Shown piece after piece: positions 52,543 through 60,794 of a DNA stretch of 63,564 nt. The translations under genes were made by a program, and so were the position numbers. The first letter of the stretch is position 1, and the number at the start of each line of letters is the position of its first letter. Under the pieces are notes generated by a model. That model was not told where the DNA came from. It did no database searches and saw only the letters and a program-made list of their open reading frames with translations. Source of the stretch: an uncultured Dehalococcoidales bacterium (GTDB lineage: Bacteria; Chloroflexota; Dehalococcoidia; Dehalococcoidales; Fen-1064); NCBI GenBank assembly GCA_964611805.1, contig CAZTBG010000001.1, forward strand, positions 1 through 63,564, given 5' to 3'.

Positions 52543-53241
52543 CTAAGTCCAGCCCTCTCCTGTGAGCTTATCGTGCAGTTCGTCAGGATGGTGGCGACAT
52601 CGGTATTCCAAACGGCTTGACTCGGTATGAGCTTTACTATAGGGCCACCCTTTGGCCATTCGATTTCGCTCGTGAAGTTCGTGTAGCAGCACATAACCAC
52701 GCTCCGATTCGACTATGGCATCATCAATCCAGACTTCATTTTCAGGCACGAATTCGTAAACATAATCGTGGCCGCCTTCTGTAAAGTCGATATCAAATAC
52801 GCTGCGCACCAGACTCCCATTAACAATCCAGACGCTTACGCCGTTCTCCAGCTTCTTCCAAAGCCTCTCGTGTACATCTCTCCCATCCGGCAATCTTTGC
52901 CCACGGTGGGTCAAGCGGACTACGTCTCCAGCGCGGCGGCGCTCCTTCCTTTCCTCCTGATCAGCCTTCGGTAAAGCCCTTTCGTACGGCATGCCTTCCG
53001 CCATGAGGCGGTACTCCATCAGAAGATGGTCAATGAAGAATTGCCGCTCATCATGCTGGGCTTCGTGGTCAATCCAAAGCTCGTTCACTGGAATATAAGG
53101 GTAGCGATAATGTTGACCGAAGTTAGTGAATTCTTCATCGATGTGGCTACGAATGTAAGTCCCGTCCACAATCCAGACTTGGAGATCGCCACGTTCCTCC
53201 ACCTTTTCGATGTAAGCCGGTTTTAGCGATGCAGTCATCAT
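52543..53241 (-). CDS. hypothetical protein with an internal tandem domain duplication; HExxH in the second copy only
   Basis: 232 aa. Residues about 20-105 and 135-225 align (VWIVDGTYIRS..ELWIDHE..FIDHLLMEY..GMPYERA versus VWIVNGSLVRS..EVWIDDA..LLHELHERN..GWPYSKAH). Confidence 0.6.
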   Translation of the reverse strand: MMTASLKPAYIEKVEERGDLQVWIVDGTYIRSHIDEEFTNFGQHYRYPYIPVNELWIDHEAQHDERQFFIDHLLMEYRLMAEGMPYERALPKADQEERKERRRAGDVVRLTHRGQRLPDGRDVHERLWKKLENGVSVWIVNGSLVRSVFDIDFTEGGHDYVYEFVPENEVWIDDAIVESERGYVLLHELHERNRMAKGWPYSKAHTESSRLEYRCRHHPDELHDKLTGEGWT

Positions 53242-53418
53242 TCATTCCCCTTCACCGTCCGCGTCTCATACATAGTCTAGATTATCACAACAATAACCTA
53301 TCACGAGGAAGCATATCACCTTAACTGCTGACGAATCAAACTGCATACGTGAATAGGCTGTTTCGCCACAATGCCATCCATCCAGCATTAAAATGCAGAG
53401 GTAACAAAATGAGTGTTG

Positions 53419-54222
53419 CTAAAGGCCATTCACATAGCTGAGAAATGTCCTTACCACCATGTGGAACTTAGGGTCGGGCACGGCTGTCAGGTGGTCTTTA
53501 CCCTCAATCTGAAAATGACACCCGTTGGGAACCATCATGGCCAGACTGGCCCTGTCGCCACGGACTAAATCGTCATTCCCGATAACCGTCATCAACGGCA
53601 CCGAGATAGAGCGGAGCTTTTGCTCCAGGGTATCCCTGTCCATCTCGGCAACGGGCCACTTATTTTTCTCTGAGCCCATTCTGATAGCCGCCAGTGCCTT
53701 CAGGTCGGCCTGATTTTCTTCGGCAACCCTGCGGAACTCTCGTCCTAATCGATTGCGCGGGTCGATTTCATCCATACTATCAGCCATAAGCGCCTCAAGT
53801 ATACGCTGACCCCGCCGGGCCTCGCGCTCTGCCTCGTCGGGGTCTCGCAGGCCAAAACCACCGAGAATCACCGACCTGACCCGTTCAGGATGAGTTAACA
53901 CCATGTTCAGGGAGATACTTGACCCCATAGAGTAGCCAAGGATGTTGGCCTTCTCGATTCCCAGATGGTCCATCAGGCCGATAACATCATCGAGCATCTT
54001 GGCACCGTACATTTCGGGTTCATAAGGTTTATCGCTTTCCCCATGCCCCCGGCAGTCTATCATGACACAGCGGTTTTCCGTCTTAAGGGCGTCTGTCATT
54101 CCCGGACGTTTCCAGTTACCCTCAAAGCTAGACTCAAAGCCATGAATCATGACTACCTCTGGTCCGTTCCCCTCGACCTCATAATGAATACTGAGTCCGT
54201 CTTGGCTCTTAAAATACGGCAT
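53419..54222 (-). CDS. alpha/beta hydrolase
   Basis: HGFESS oxyanion region, GYSMGS nucleophile elbow and C-terminal DH. The start is chosen at MPYFKSQDG after GAAGGAAAG. The track extends to 54240. Confidence 0.85.
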   Translation of the reverse strand: MPYFKSQDGLSIHYEVEGNGPEVVMIHGFESSFEGNWKRPGMTDALKTENRCVMIDCRGHGESDKPYEPEMYGAKMLDDVIGLMDHLGIEKANILGYSMGSSISLNMVLTHPERVRSVILGGFGLRDPDEAEREARRGQRILEALMADSMDEIDPRNRLGREFRRVAEENQADLKALAAIRMGSEKNKWPVAEMDRDTLEQKLRSISVPLMTVIGNDDLVRGDRASLAMMVPNGCHFQIEGKDHLTAVPDPKFHMVVRTFLSYVNGL

Positions 54223-54350
54223 CCGTTCTTTCCTTCTCATTCATTTTTCCGTCATCATGGCACAGGACACCACGGACGTCAACATTCATGTGGATAGATA
54301 TCTGTTGGCGATGCTAGTGAAGGTGCGAGTGTATGTTACGGTTTACATAC

Positions 54351-54456
54351 GTCATTGCGAGGAACATAGTGACGAAGCAATCTTGCCTATTAGGTTGCTT
54401 CGTCTCCTGCCCGCTGTCCATCCGGGACTATGGCAGGCGGGTCGGCTCGCAATGAC
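54351..54456. repeat. family-2 nested palindromic repeat
   Basis: gtcattgcgagg..acgaagcaatc / gttgcttcgt..[cctgcccgctgtccatccgggactatggcaggcggg]..ctcgcaatgac. It has the same arms and inner hairpin as 37237-37398. Confidence 0.8.
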
Positions 54457-54553
54457 AGAAGAGGAAATGCCATATCACCAGCCAATCGAAGGAGCCAACA
54501 GGTTTGCACACAACGCATGCTGGTGATAAGATTGGGTAACATCATCAACTTTT

Positions 54554-55879
54554 TTGTCTTCACAGCTTACTGTGCCTAAAAGTCTAAGCCCAGGTTCACC
54601 GGAATCAGGCCACGGCGCTGGACAGGATGCCAATCAGAAACACTCAAGAGTGTTCTACGGCTGGTACCTTGTGGGTGCCTGCGTATTCATCATACTCTAT
54701 ACGGGCGGTGTCGTTAGCTTCGGATTTACCGCTGTTTTTGAACCCATAGCCGATGAGTTTGGCTGGAGCTATGCCCAAATCTCGCTCGCCTCTTCGCTAC
54801 GCGGCCTTGAAATGGGCCTTCTGGCGCCTCTCATGGGGCTCCTCGTCGACCGCCTGGGCCCGAGAAGACTAATCTTTTCGGGCGGCATTTTAATGAGCCT
54901 GGGCTTTCTATTGCTGAGCCGCGTCTCCTCTATTGCCACTTTCTATGGAGCCTTTGCTCTGTTATCAATTGGCATGAGTACGTGTACCGGAACCGTGCTC
55001 ATGACGGCGGTGAACAACTGGTTTCGCCGGAAGGCCGGAGTGGCCACGGGCATTGTCGCCAGTGGATTCGGTCTCGGAGGCCTCCTCATTCCTGCAGTTA
55101 CCAGCCTGGCTGACGCATTTCAGTGGCGAGCGGCCATGCTTATTATCGGCCTCGGTATACTGGCCATAGTTTTGCCACTGTCACTGGTGGTCCGGCACAA
55201 GCCCGAGCATTACGGCTACCAACTCGACGGTGAGGCAATTAGCCCCATGGAGTCGGGGGAGACTCATGTCACACCAGCAATTGCGGAAATCAATGTCTCC
55301 GCCAGGCAAGCACTCATTGGCAGGGCTTTCTGGCACGTGGCAATTGCCTCCATGTGCCACTCATTTGTGATAGGTTCTGTAGTGACACACATGATGCCGT
55401 ATCTCAGCAGTCTCGGAATCACCAGGTCTACCTCCAGTATGGTGGCCCTTGTTCTACCGGTTGCCAGCATCGGAGGTCGTCTTGGCAGCGGTTGGCTCAG
55501 TGACAGGCTGGGCAGGAGATATATATTCGCCGCCAGCTTTGCACTGATGACGGCAGGACTACTCTTTTTCAGCCAGGTTACAGCGGGAATGATGTGGCTG
55601 GTAGTGCCTTTTGTCATTACTTTTAGCCTGGGGTGGGGATGCAGTGTCACTTCAAGAATAGCCGTACTGCGGGAATACTTCGGCAGGGGCAGTTTCGGTG
55701 CAATTCTCGGCTTTACATCAGGCATAATGATGCTGGGGAACATAGCCGGTGCTCCGCTGGCCGGGTGGATATATGATACCTGGGGTAGCTATCAGGGCGC
55801 ATGGCTGAGCTTTGGTGCCCTTACCCTTATGGGAATGGTGCTGATACTTACCACCCCCTCTCCCGGCCATGCTGCCTGA
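54554..55879 (+). CDS. MFS transporter (oxalate/formate antiporter-like)
   Basis: 441 aa, 12 predicted TM segments. GLLVDRLGPRR between TM2 and TM3. TTG start, which is uncertain. Confidence 0.8.
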   Translation: MSSQLTVPKSLSPGSPESGHGAGQDANQKHSRVFYGWYLVGACVFIILYTGGVVSFGFTAVFEPIADEFGWSYAQISLASSLRGLEMGLLAPLMGLLVDRLGPRRLIFSGGILMSLGFLLLSRVSSIATFYGAFALLSIGMSTCTGTVLMTAVNNWFRRKAGVATGIVASGFGLGGLLIPAVTSLADAFQWRAAMLIIGLGILAIVLPLSLVVRHKPEHYGYQLDGEAISPMESGETHVTPAIAEINVSARQALIGRAFWHVAIASMCHSFVIGSVVTHMMPYLSSLGITRSTSSMVALVLPVASIGGRLGSGWLSDRLGRRYIFAASFALMTAGLLFFSQVTAGMMWLVVPFVITFSLGWGCSVTSRIAVLREYFGRGSFGAILGFTSGIMMLGNIAGAPLAGWIYDTWGSYQGAWLSFGALTLMGMVLILTTPSPGHAA

Positions 55880-56002
55880 CATAAACCGTGAAGACTCCCG
55901 CCAACCGGCGGTAAGCAATGGCGGTCTTTGATTTATCAACCAACAAAATGTATGATACATCCACACAAGGAAGAAATCAGTCGTAGCGAAGGGAGGCGAG
56001 AA

Positions 56003-57094
56003 ATGGAAGAGAAGACGTCAGATTTCGAAGAACAAGAAGAGCCCGAAGAACAAAACACCAGCATCATTAAAATTGAGGAAATGAGCCTGGAAGATACACA
56101 GGTAGCCGAGCAGCTTTATAACAGTGCGGGGCTGGACCCGGTGGTGGACGCCGGACTGAAAGACTACGACAAACGTATCCAGGCAGAAAACAAGCTGATT
56201 AACAAGGTATTTGGTACCCGGGGGAGTGACATCAGGGGCTACGGCGAAGCGGTCGCCAAGAGGGTCGCCCTGGCCATATATGACCAGCTAAACCGCCAGT
56301 ACGGCGGCAAGATGGGCGACCTGCGGTCATACTTAATGTCACTGGAGGAAGACCGCGACCGGGCAAATATCAGGTACGACGAGCTTATGGGGAGGGTAAT
56401 CGGGATACTGGGCGATGAGTATAAGTCCCTGAGGACCGACTCCAACGCCTTCATGGAGAAACTGACCACATTAATCGGAGAGGACAAGGAGGCAGCCAAG
56501 ATTGACCAGAAGGCGCTTGCTGAGAGACTGGCCGATATCGATGGGCTGAGAGCGCAGATACAGGCCCTCGACGAGGAAAAGAAGCAGCAACAGGGAAGCT
56601 ACGAGGCGCAGCTGGCCGAGCAGAAAAAAGAGCATACCAGCGAACTGGCGAAGCTACAGGAACAGATTACAAGGCTGGAAACGAAAATTGAAAGACTGGA
56701 AGCGGAGAAGTCCGCCCTGAACCAGAAGAACAACGAGGAGCAGAAGGAGCTGAAAGCGCAGATATCCAGTCTGGATACCAAGACCGGAAAACTCGACGCG
56801 GAGAAGACTGCCCTGACGGCTGACCTCAAGGCATTGAGGGAGGAACACAAGCAGCTAATCACGGCAATGTCGAAACTGGTCAGTAGCGTACCCAGCGAAG
56901 AGATTGGTAAAAAGATGGGCGAGGAGCTGTACGGCTTTATTCTCAAGGACTCCAAGGTACCGGACATGGTGATAGAGGGCGTGGGCAAGTTTATCGACTT
57001 CAAGAAATATCTGGGGGAGGCGGTCGAGAGGGGGGCCAGAGAAGTTACCAGACGCGTGGAGGAGACTCTGAAGACGGCCCCGGAGGGCAAGTAG
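56003..57094 (+). CDS. acidic coiled-coil protein of unknown function
   Basis: ATG at 56003 after GGGAGG. Acidic N-terminus EEQEEPEEQ. A long heptad-like region runs about residues 190-300 (LRAQIQALDEEKKQQ..LETKIERLEAEKSAL..LDAEKTALTADLKALREEHKQL). Confidence 0.6.
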   Translation: MEEKTSDFEEQEEPEEQNTSIIKIEEMSLEDTQVAEQLYNSAGLDPVVDAGLKDYDKRIQAENKLINKVFGTRGSDIRGYGEAVAKRVALAIYDQLNRQYGGKMGDLRSYLMSLEEDRDRANIRYDELMGRVIGILGDEYKSLRTDSNAFMEKLTTLIGEDKEAAKIDQKALAERLADIDGLRAQIQALDEEKKQQQGSYEAQLAEQKKEHTSELAKLQEQITRLETKIERLEAEKSALNQKNNEEQKELKAQISSLDTKTGKLDAEKTALTADLKALREEHKQLITAMSKLVSSVPSEEIGKKMGEELYGFILKDSKVPDMVIEGVGKFIDFKKYLGEAVERGAREVTRRVEETLKTAPEGK

Positions 57095-57171
57095 TTTTTG
57101 GCCGGAGATTTCCGCGCATAAACGTAGTTGCTCGACAATCGGTAGGGAACTCCCTGACCAAGGAGGCAATT

Positions 57172-58014
57172 ATGTCAGCGCAGACACCACGGGACCAGTA
57201 TATCAAGGTCGGTGATATCAACACCCGCTTCTGGACATCCGGTAGCGAAGGGACAGCAGTCATCCTGATACATGGCATAGGGGACGCTGTGGAAACCTGG
57301 CGGTCCAACATCAATGTCCTGGCAGAACACCATCGCGTATACGCCCTGGACATAGTGGGCTTTGGGCACTCCGATAAGCCACCTATCCAGCCTTCATTAT
57401 CTTTTGGAGCCCAGTTTGTCAGCGATTTCATGGAGACGCAGCATATTGAGCGTGCCAGCGTAATAGGTAACTCGATGGGTGGTGGCATAAGCCTGCAATT
57501 CGCCATTCAGTTCCCTGATAAGCTGGAGAAGCTGGTAGTGGAGAGCGGGGCAGCACTGGGAAAAGGATTAGCTACTTTCTTTCACCTGTTCTCGATACCC
57601 ATCATCGGTGAACTCCTGACCCGACCAAGCCGCTGGGGAACGGCCTGGCTCCTGAGACGGGTGGCATATGACCCTGCTCTGATAACAGACGAGTTGGTCG
57701 AGCTTTACTACCAGCTTTGCAAACTCCCCGGGGCGCAGAGGTCCTTCCTGTCAACCCTGCGTGTCGGTGTGAACTTCTCCGGCCAGCGCCCCCGCTTCGT
57801 TCGTCCCATTGTGGACAACCTCGACAAAATCACCTGTCCCACCCTGATTATCTGGGGGAAACAGGACCGCGTTATACCGGTAGCGCACGCCCAGATAGCC
57901 AAAAATGGAATCCCAAACGCTGAGCTCCACATACTTGACCCCTGCGGCCACGAACCCCACTTCGAACGCCCCAATGATTTCAACAGGCTCGTGCTGGACT
58001 TTCTGGCCGGATAG
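57172..58014 (+). CDS. alpha/beta hydrolase (meta-cleavage-product hydrolase-like)
   Basis: HGIGD, GNSMGG, CGHEPHFE. AAGGAGG RBS. Confidence 0.85.
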   Translation: MSAQTPRDQYIKVGDINTRFWTSGSEGTAVILIHGIGDAVETWRSNINVLAEHHRVYALDIVGFGHSDKPPIQPSLSFGAQFVSDFMETQHIERASVIGNSMGGGISLQFAIQFPDKLEKLVVESGAALGKGLATFFHLFSIPIIGELLTRPSRWGTAWLLRRVAYDPALITDELVELYYQLCKLPGAQRSFLSTLRVGVNFSGQRPRFVRPIVDNLDKITCPTLIIWGKQDRVIPVAHAQIAKNGIPNAELHILDPCGHEPHFERPNDFNRLVLDFLAG

Positions 58015-58078
58015 ATTGCACAGACTGCGGGAATAAGAGGATAAGGGATGTATTGCGGGCTTTCAGGCGTGACTAGAA

Positions 58079-58936
58079 ATGCACCCTCTGGCTCTTCAGC
58101 AAAAAGGGGAAATTAATGTGCCTGAGCTGATAGTTGCGACCAAACAAAACATCGAAAAAGTCTTTGATGATAACGCAAAGGCATATGACCGTGTCGGTCC
58201 AGCCATTTATCAGCACTTCGGGTCGCGCCTGGTTAACTGGATGTCACTTGAGCCAGGTACAAAGATACTGGACATTGCCACAGGTACAGGCGCGGTGCTG
58301 TTACCTGCCGCCCGACTTCTGGCGTCTAATGGACATGTAACTGGCATTGACCTATCCGGTGGATTGCTGCAGGAGGCTGACCTCTCAGTGCAACAAGAAA
58401 ACCTGACCAATGTAACATTACGCAAGATGGATGCTGAGCACCTTGAGTTTCCGGATAAGACATTTGATTGTGTCACATGTGCCTTCTCGCTTTTCTTTTT
58501 CCCGCACATCGAATACGCAATGCGTGAGATGTACCGCGTCTGTAAGCCAGGTGGCCGTGTTGCTGTGACTGTATTCGACCAGGCATTACCTCCATTCGAC
58601 CCGATTTTTCCAGTCCTGTTACAGCAGCTTGGTACTTATCAGGGAGAAGTGCGGATACCACCCCATGGCATGTCCTTTTCTCCAGACGAAATAGAGACTC
58701 TACTCAAACAATATGGATTCCACTCAATTCAGACACTTAGCGAAACGGAAGACTTTATCTATAAGCATGAAGAAGATGTTTGGGAATTCTTGCCGTTACG
58801 CTTGGCACTATTGGGTACGGACGAGACAACAGATACGCAATTCATGCAGGAATTACTTGCCAAATTACGTCCGCTGTTCCGCCCGGCTGGTCTGCACGTG
58901 TCTGTTGCGGCTATTTATGCGATGGGTCAACGTTAG
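58079..58936 (+). CDS. class I SAM-dependent methyltransferase
   Basis: Motif I ILDIATGTGAV. Motif post-I IDLS. CKPGGRVAV. Confidence 0.85.
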   Translation: MHPLALQQKGEINVPELIVATKQNIEKVFDDNAKAYDRVGPAIYQHFGSRLVNWMSLEPGTKILDIATGTGAVLLPAARLLASNGHVTGIDLSGGLLQEADLSVQQENLTNVTLRKMDAEHLEFPDKTFDCVTCAFSLFFFPHIEYAMREMYRVCKPGGRVAVTVFDQALPPFDPIFPVLLQQLGTYQGEVRIPPHGMSFSPDEIETLLKQYGFHSIQTLSETEDFIYKHEEDVWEFLPLRLALLGTDETTDTQFMQELLAKLRPLFRPAGLHVSVAAIYAMGQR

Positions 58937-58976
58937 ACAACAGATGTGTTCCAAGACCGCGCGTGATGAAGATGCA

Positions 58977-59027
58977 GCCTTCACTGGAGAGGGTGCTGAA
59001 ACATAAGAAAATACAGAGTGCGTAGGC
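58977..59027. repeat. direct repeat flanking the 59055-59915 hydrolase gene (copy 1)
   Basis: gccttcaCTGGAGAGGGTGCTGAaacataagaaaatac... aligns with 60011-60062. The 16-nt core is identical. Confidence 0.65.
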
Positions 59028-59054
59028 TCGTCCTGTTTAAGAGAAGGAGGCATA

Positions 59055-59915
59055 ATGCCAACGGCGAATATTAATGACTTCATAATGTACTACGAAACGA
59101 GAGGTGAAGGTTTCCCACTTGTTTATGTTCACGGTGGCTTTGGCGGTATGGGCACAGGTCTTCAACCCGAAACCCCCGCATGGGTGGAAGAATTTGCGAA
59201 GTATTTCCAGATAGTCACTTATGACCGTCGTGCCGCCGGGCGTTCAAGCTACCCGGAAGACGGCTTTACCATGCAGAATTTTGCCAGGGACATACGAGAA
59301 CTGCTACGACATCTTGGATACGAGCGTGCTCACATCTGGGGTACATCAGCAGGTGGTCAGATAACACTTGCCTTTGGGCTGCATTACCCCGAGGCAGCAG
59401 CCTCCCTGGTTATTACTGATTCAGCACCATGGCTATCATTAGATGAAGAACTCAAAGATAAGCTGAGGGAACGTATCAAAGTGCTTAATGAAAAAGGGGC
59501 TGAAGCAGCTTATGAAGCTAGAGCTACTGGAGGAACCGTAGGACTGAACCTCTTTGTCGGGAGACCAGCAGCTAGTGAGGAGGAGCAGAAACAACGAGAA
59601 GTGGCTATGGAGCGAACCAGAGAACAACTCCGTGCCATACCACGCGATGAGAGAATTGCCAAGTACGCTGGTGAACTCCGTAACTATTCAGCTTATCTGG
59701 ACTGGGATGCTACCCCTCAACTGAAAGATATAAAACCTCCGACACTGGTCCTCTATGGTACCGAAGACAGTGTCTTCCCACCTAAAGGCTCTCTTAATAT
59801 GACCAGACTCATCCCGAATGTAGAATACAAAGCTTTTCAAGGGGCCGAGCATGGAGTCACCAGATTTCCAGAGGCCCTGGAACTGGCACTGTCATTCCTT
59901 CAACGACATACCTGA
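59055..59915 (+). CDS. alpha/beta hydrolase
   Basis: HGGFGG, GTSAGG nucleophile elbow and C-terminal GAEHG. AAGGAGG RBS. AT-richer than the window average. Confidence 0.85.
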   Translation: MPTANINDFIMYYETRGEGFPLVYVHGGFGGMGTGLQPETPAWVEEFAKYFQIVTYDRRAAGRSSYPEDGFTMQNFARDIRELLRHLGYERAHIWGTSAGGQITLAFGLHYPEAAASLVITDSAPWLSLDEELKDKLRERIKVLNEKGAEAAYEARATGGTVGLNLFVGRPAASEEEQKQREVAMERTREQLRAIPRDERIAKYAGELRNYSAYLDWDATPQLKDIKPPTLVLYGTEDSVFPPKGSLNMTRLIPNVEYKAFQGAEHGVTRFPEALELALSFLQRHT

Positions 59916-60010
59916 TGGAATTGATACCCGATAGATTATAAGCTTGAAACCTGTACCTCTCCCACATGCATATTTTGTGTCAGATAAGACTGTACCTCAT
60001 TAATGTAGTA

Positions 60011-60062
60011 GCCCTCGCTGGAGAGGGTGCTGAGGCACAAGGAGATACTGGGGGCTTAAGGG
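60011..60062. repeat. direct repeat flanking the 59055-59915 hydrolase gene (copy 2)
   Basis: gccctcgCTGGAGAGGGTGCTGAggcacaaggagatac... Confidence 0.65.
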
Positions 60063-60065
60063 TGC

Positions 60066-60794
60066 TTATAACCCCTGTAATCGTCTGAGCTCTCGCTCCA
60101 CCTCGTCATTCACCACATATCCCGAGATATGCATTAGCGTGTCGCCCGTGGGTTCCATCTGCATGGACGCCAGGCAGGGGTAATGATGGGCATGCAGGCC
60201 CGCCTGTGGAACCGCCTCCGCAACCGGTACACCGACCAGCTTCTCGGCAACATAGTGGGTAGAGCCGCAGGGAGCGCTTCGCTCCACTTCAACCCGCACT
60301 ATTCTGTTACCCGACGCATCGACCTCTATTCTGAGCCTGGGTCTGCCAAAGTATTTAGCGAAGGCAGCAATACACCCACTGTAATATGTTTCAACATCGT
60401 CGCCGTAGCCGGTGGTCTTCTCAGTCAGTGTGCAGAAAGTCCTGGGGAAAACGGCAACAATTCCCATCCCGGCGAGCTCCCGTTGTAACTGGTTTTTCAG
60501 ACCCAGAGGCAGCCAGGCCGAATTATCGATGGGCATAATGACCGCTTTCACCCCTGAGAGCCTGGCAATCGCCGACACGAGCTGGGCTGTTTCCGGCGAC
60601 TCACTCAAGGCCAGTAGAAGGTCAGCCTGTGGTATGTCTGAAGGCAGAAACTCCTCGGGGTCATCTATGATAGCGGGCAGCACGCGGGGCGGAACGATAA
60701 CCTCAAGCACCCAGTCCCCCGGGGCCGACTTCCTGATGTGCTCGACTATCCTCTCACCGTAATGCCCCTGGTGCAGTGCCAGAATACGTATCAT
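60066..60794 (-). CDS. DUF166-family protein
   Basis: 242 aa. N-terminal MIRILALHQGHYGERIVEHIRK and conserved Cys (APCGSTHY, HYPCLASM) match my recollection of DUF166. Unverified. Confidence 0.5.
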   Translation of the reverse strand: MIRILALHQGHYGERIVEHIRKSAPGDWVLEVIVPPRVLPAIIDDPEEFLPSDIPQADLLLALSESPETAQLVSAIARLSGVKAVIMPIDNSAWLPLGLKNQLQRELAGMGIVAVFPRTFCTLTEKTTGYGDDVETYYSGCIAAFAKYFGRPRLRIEVDASGNRIVRVEVERSAPCGSTHYVAEKLVGVPVAEAVPQAGLHAHHYPCLASMQMEPTGDTLMHISGYVVNDEVERELRRLQGL

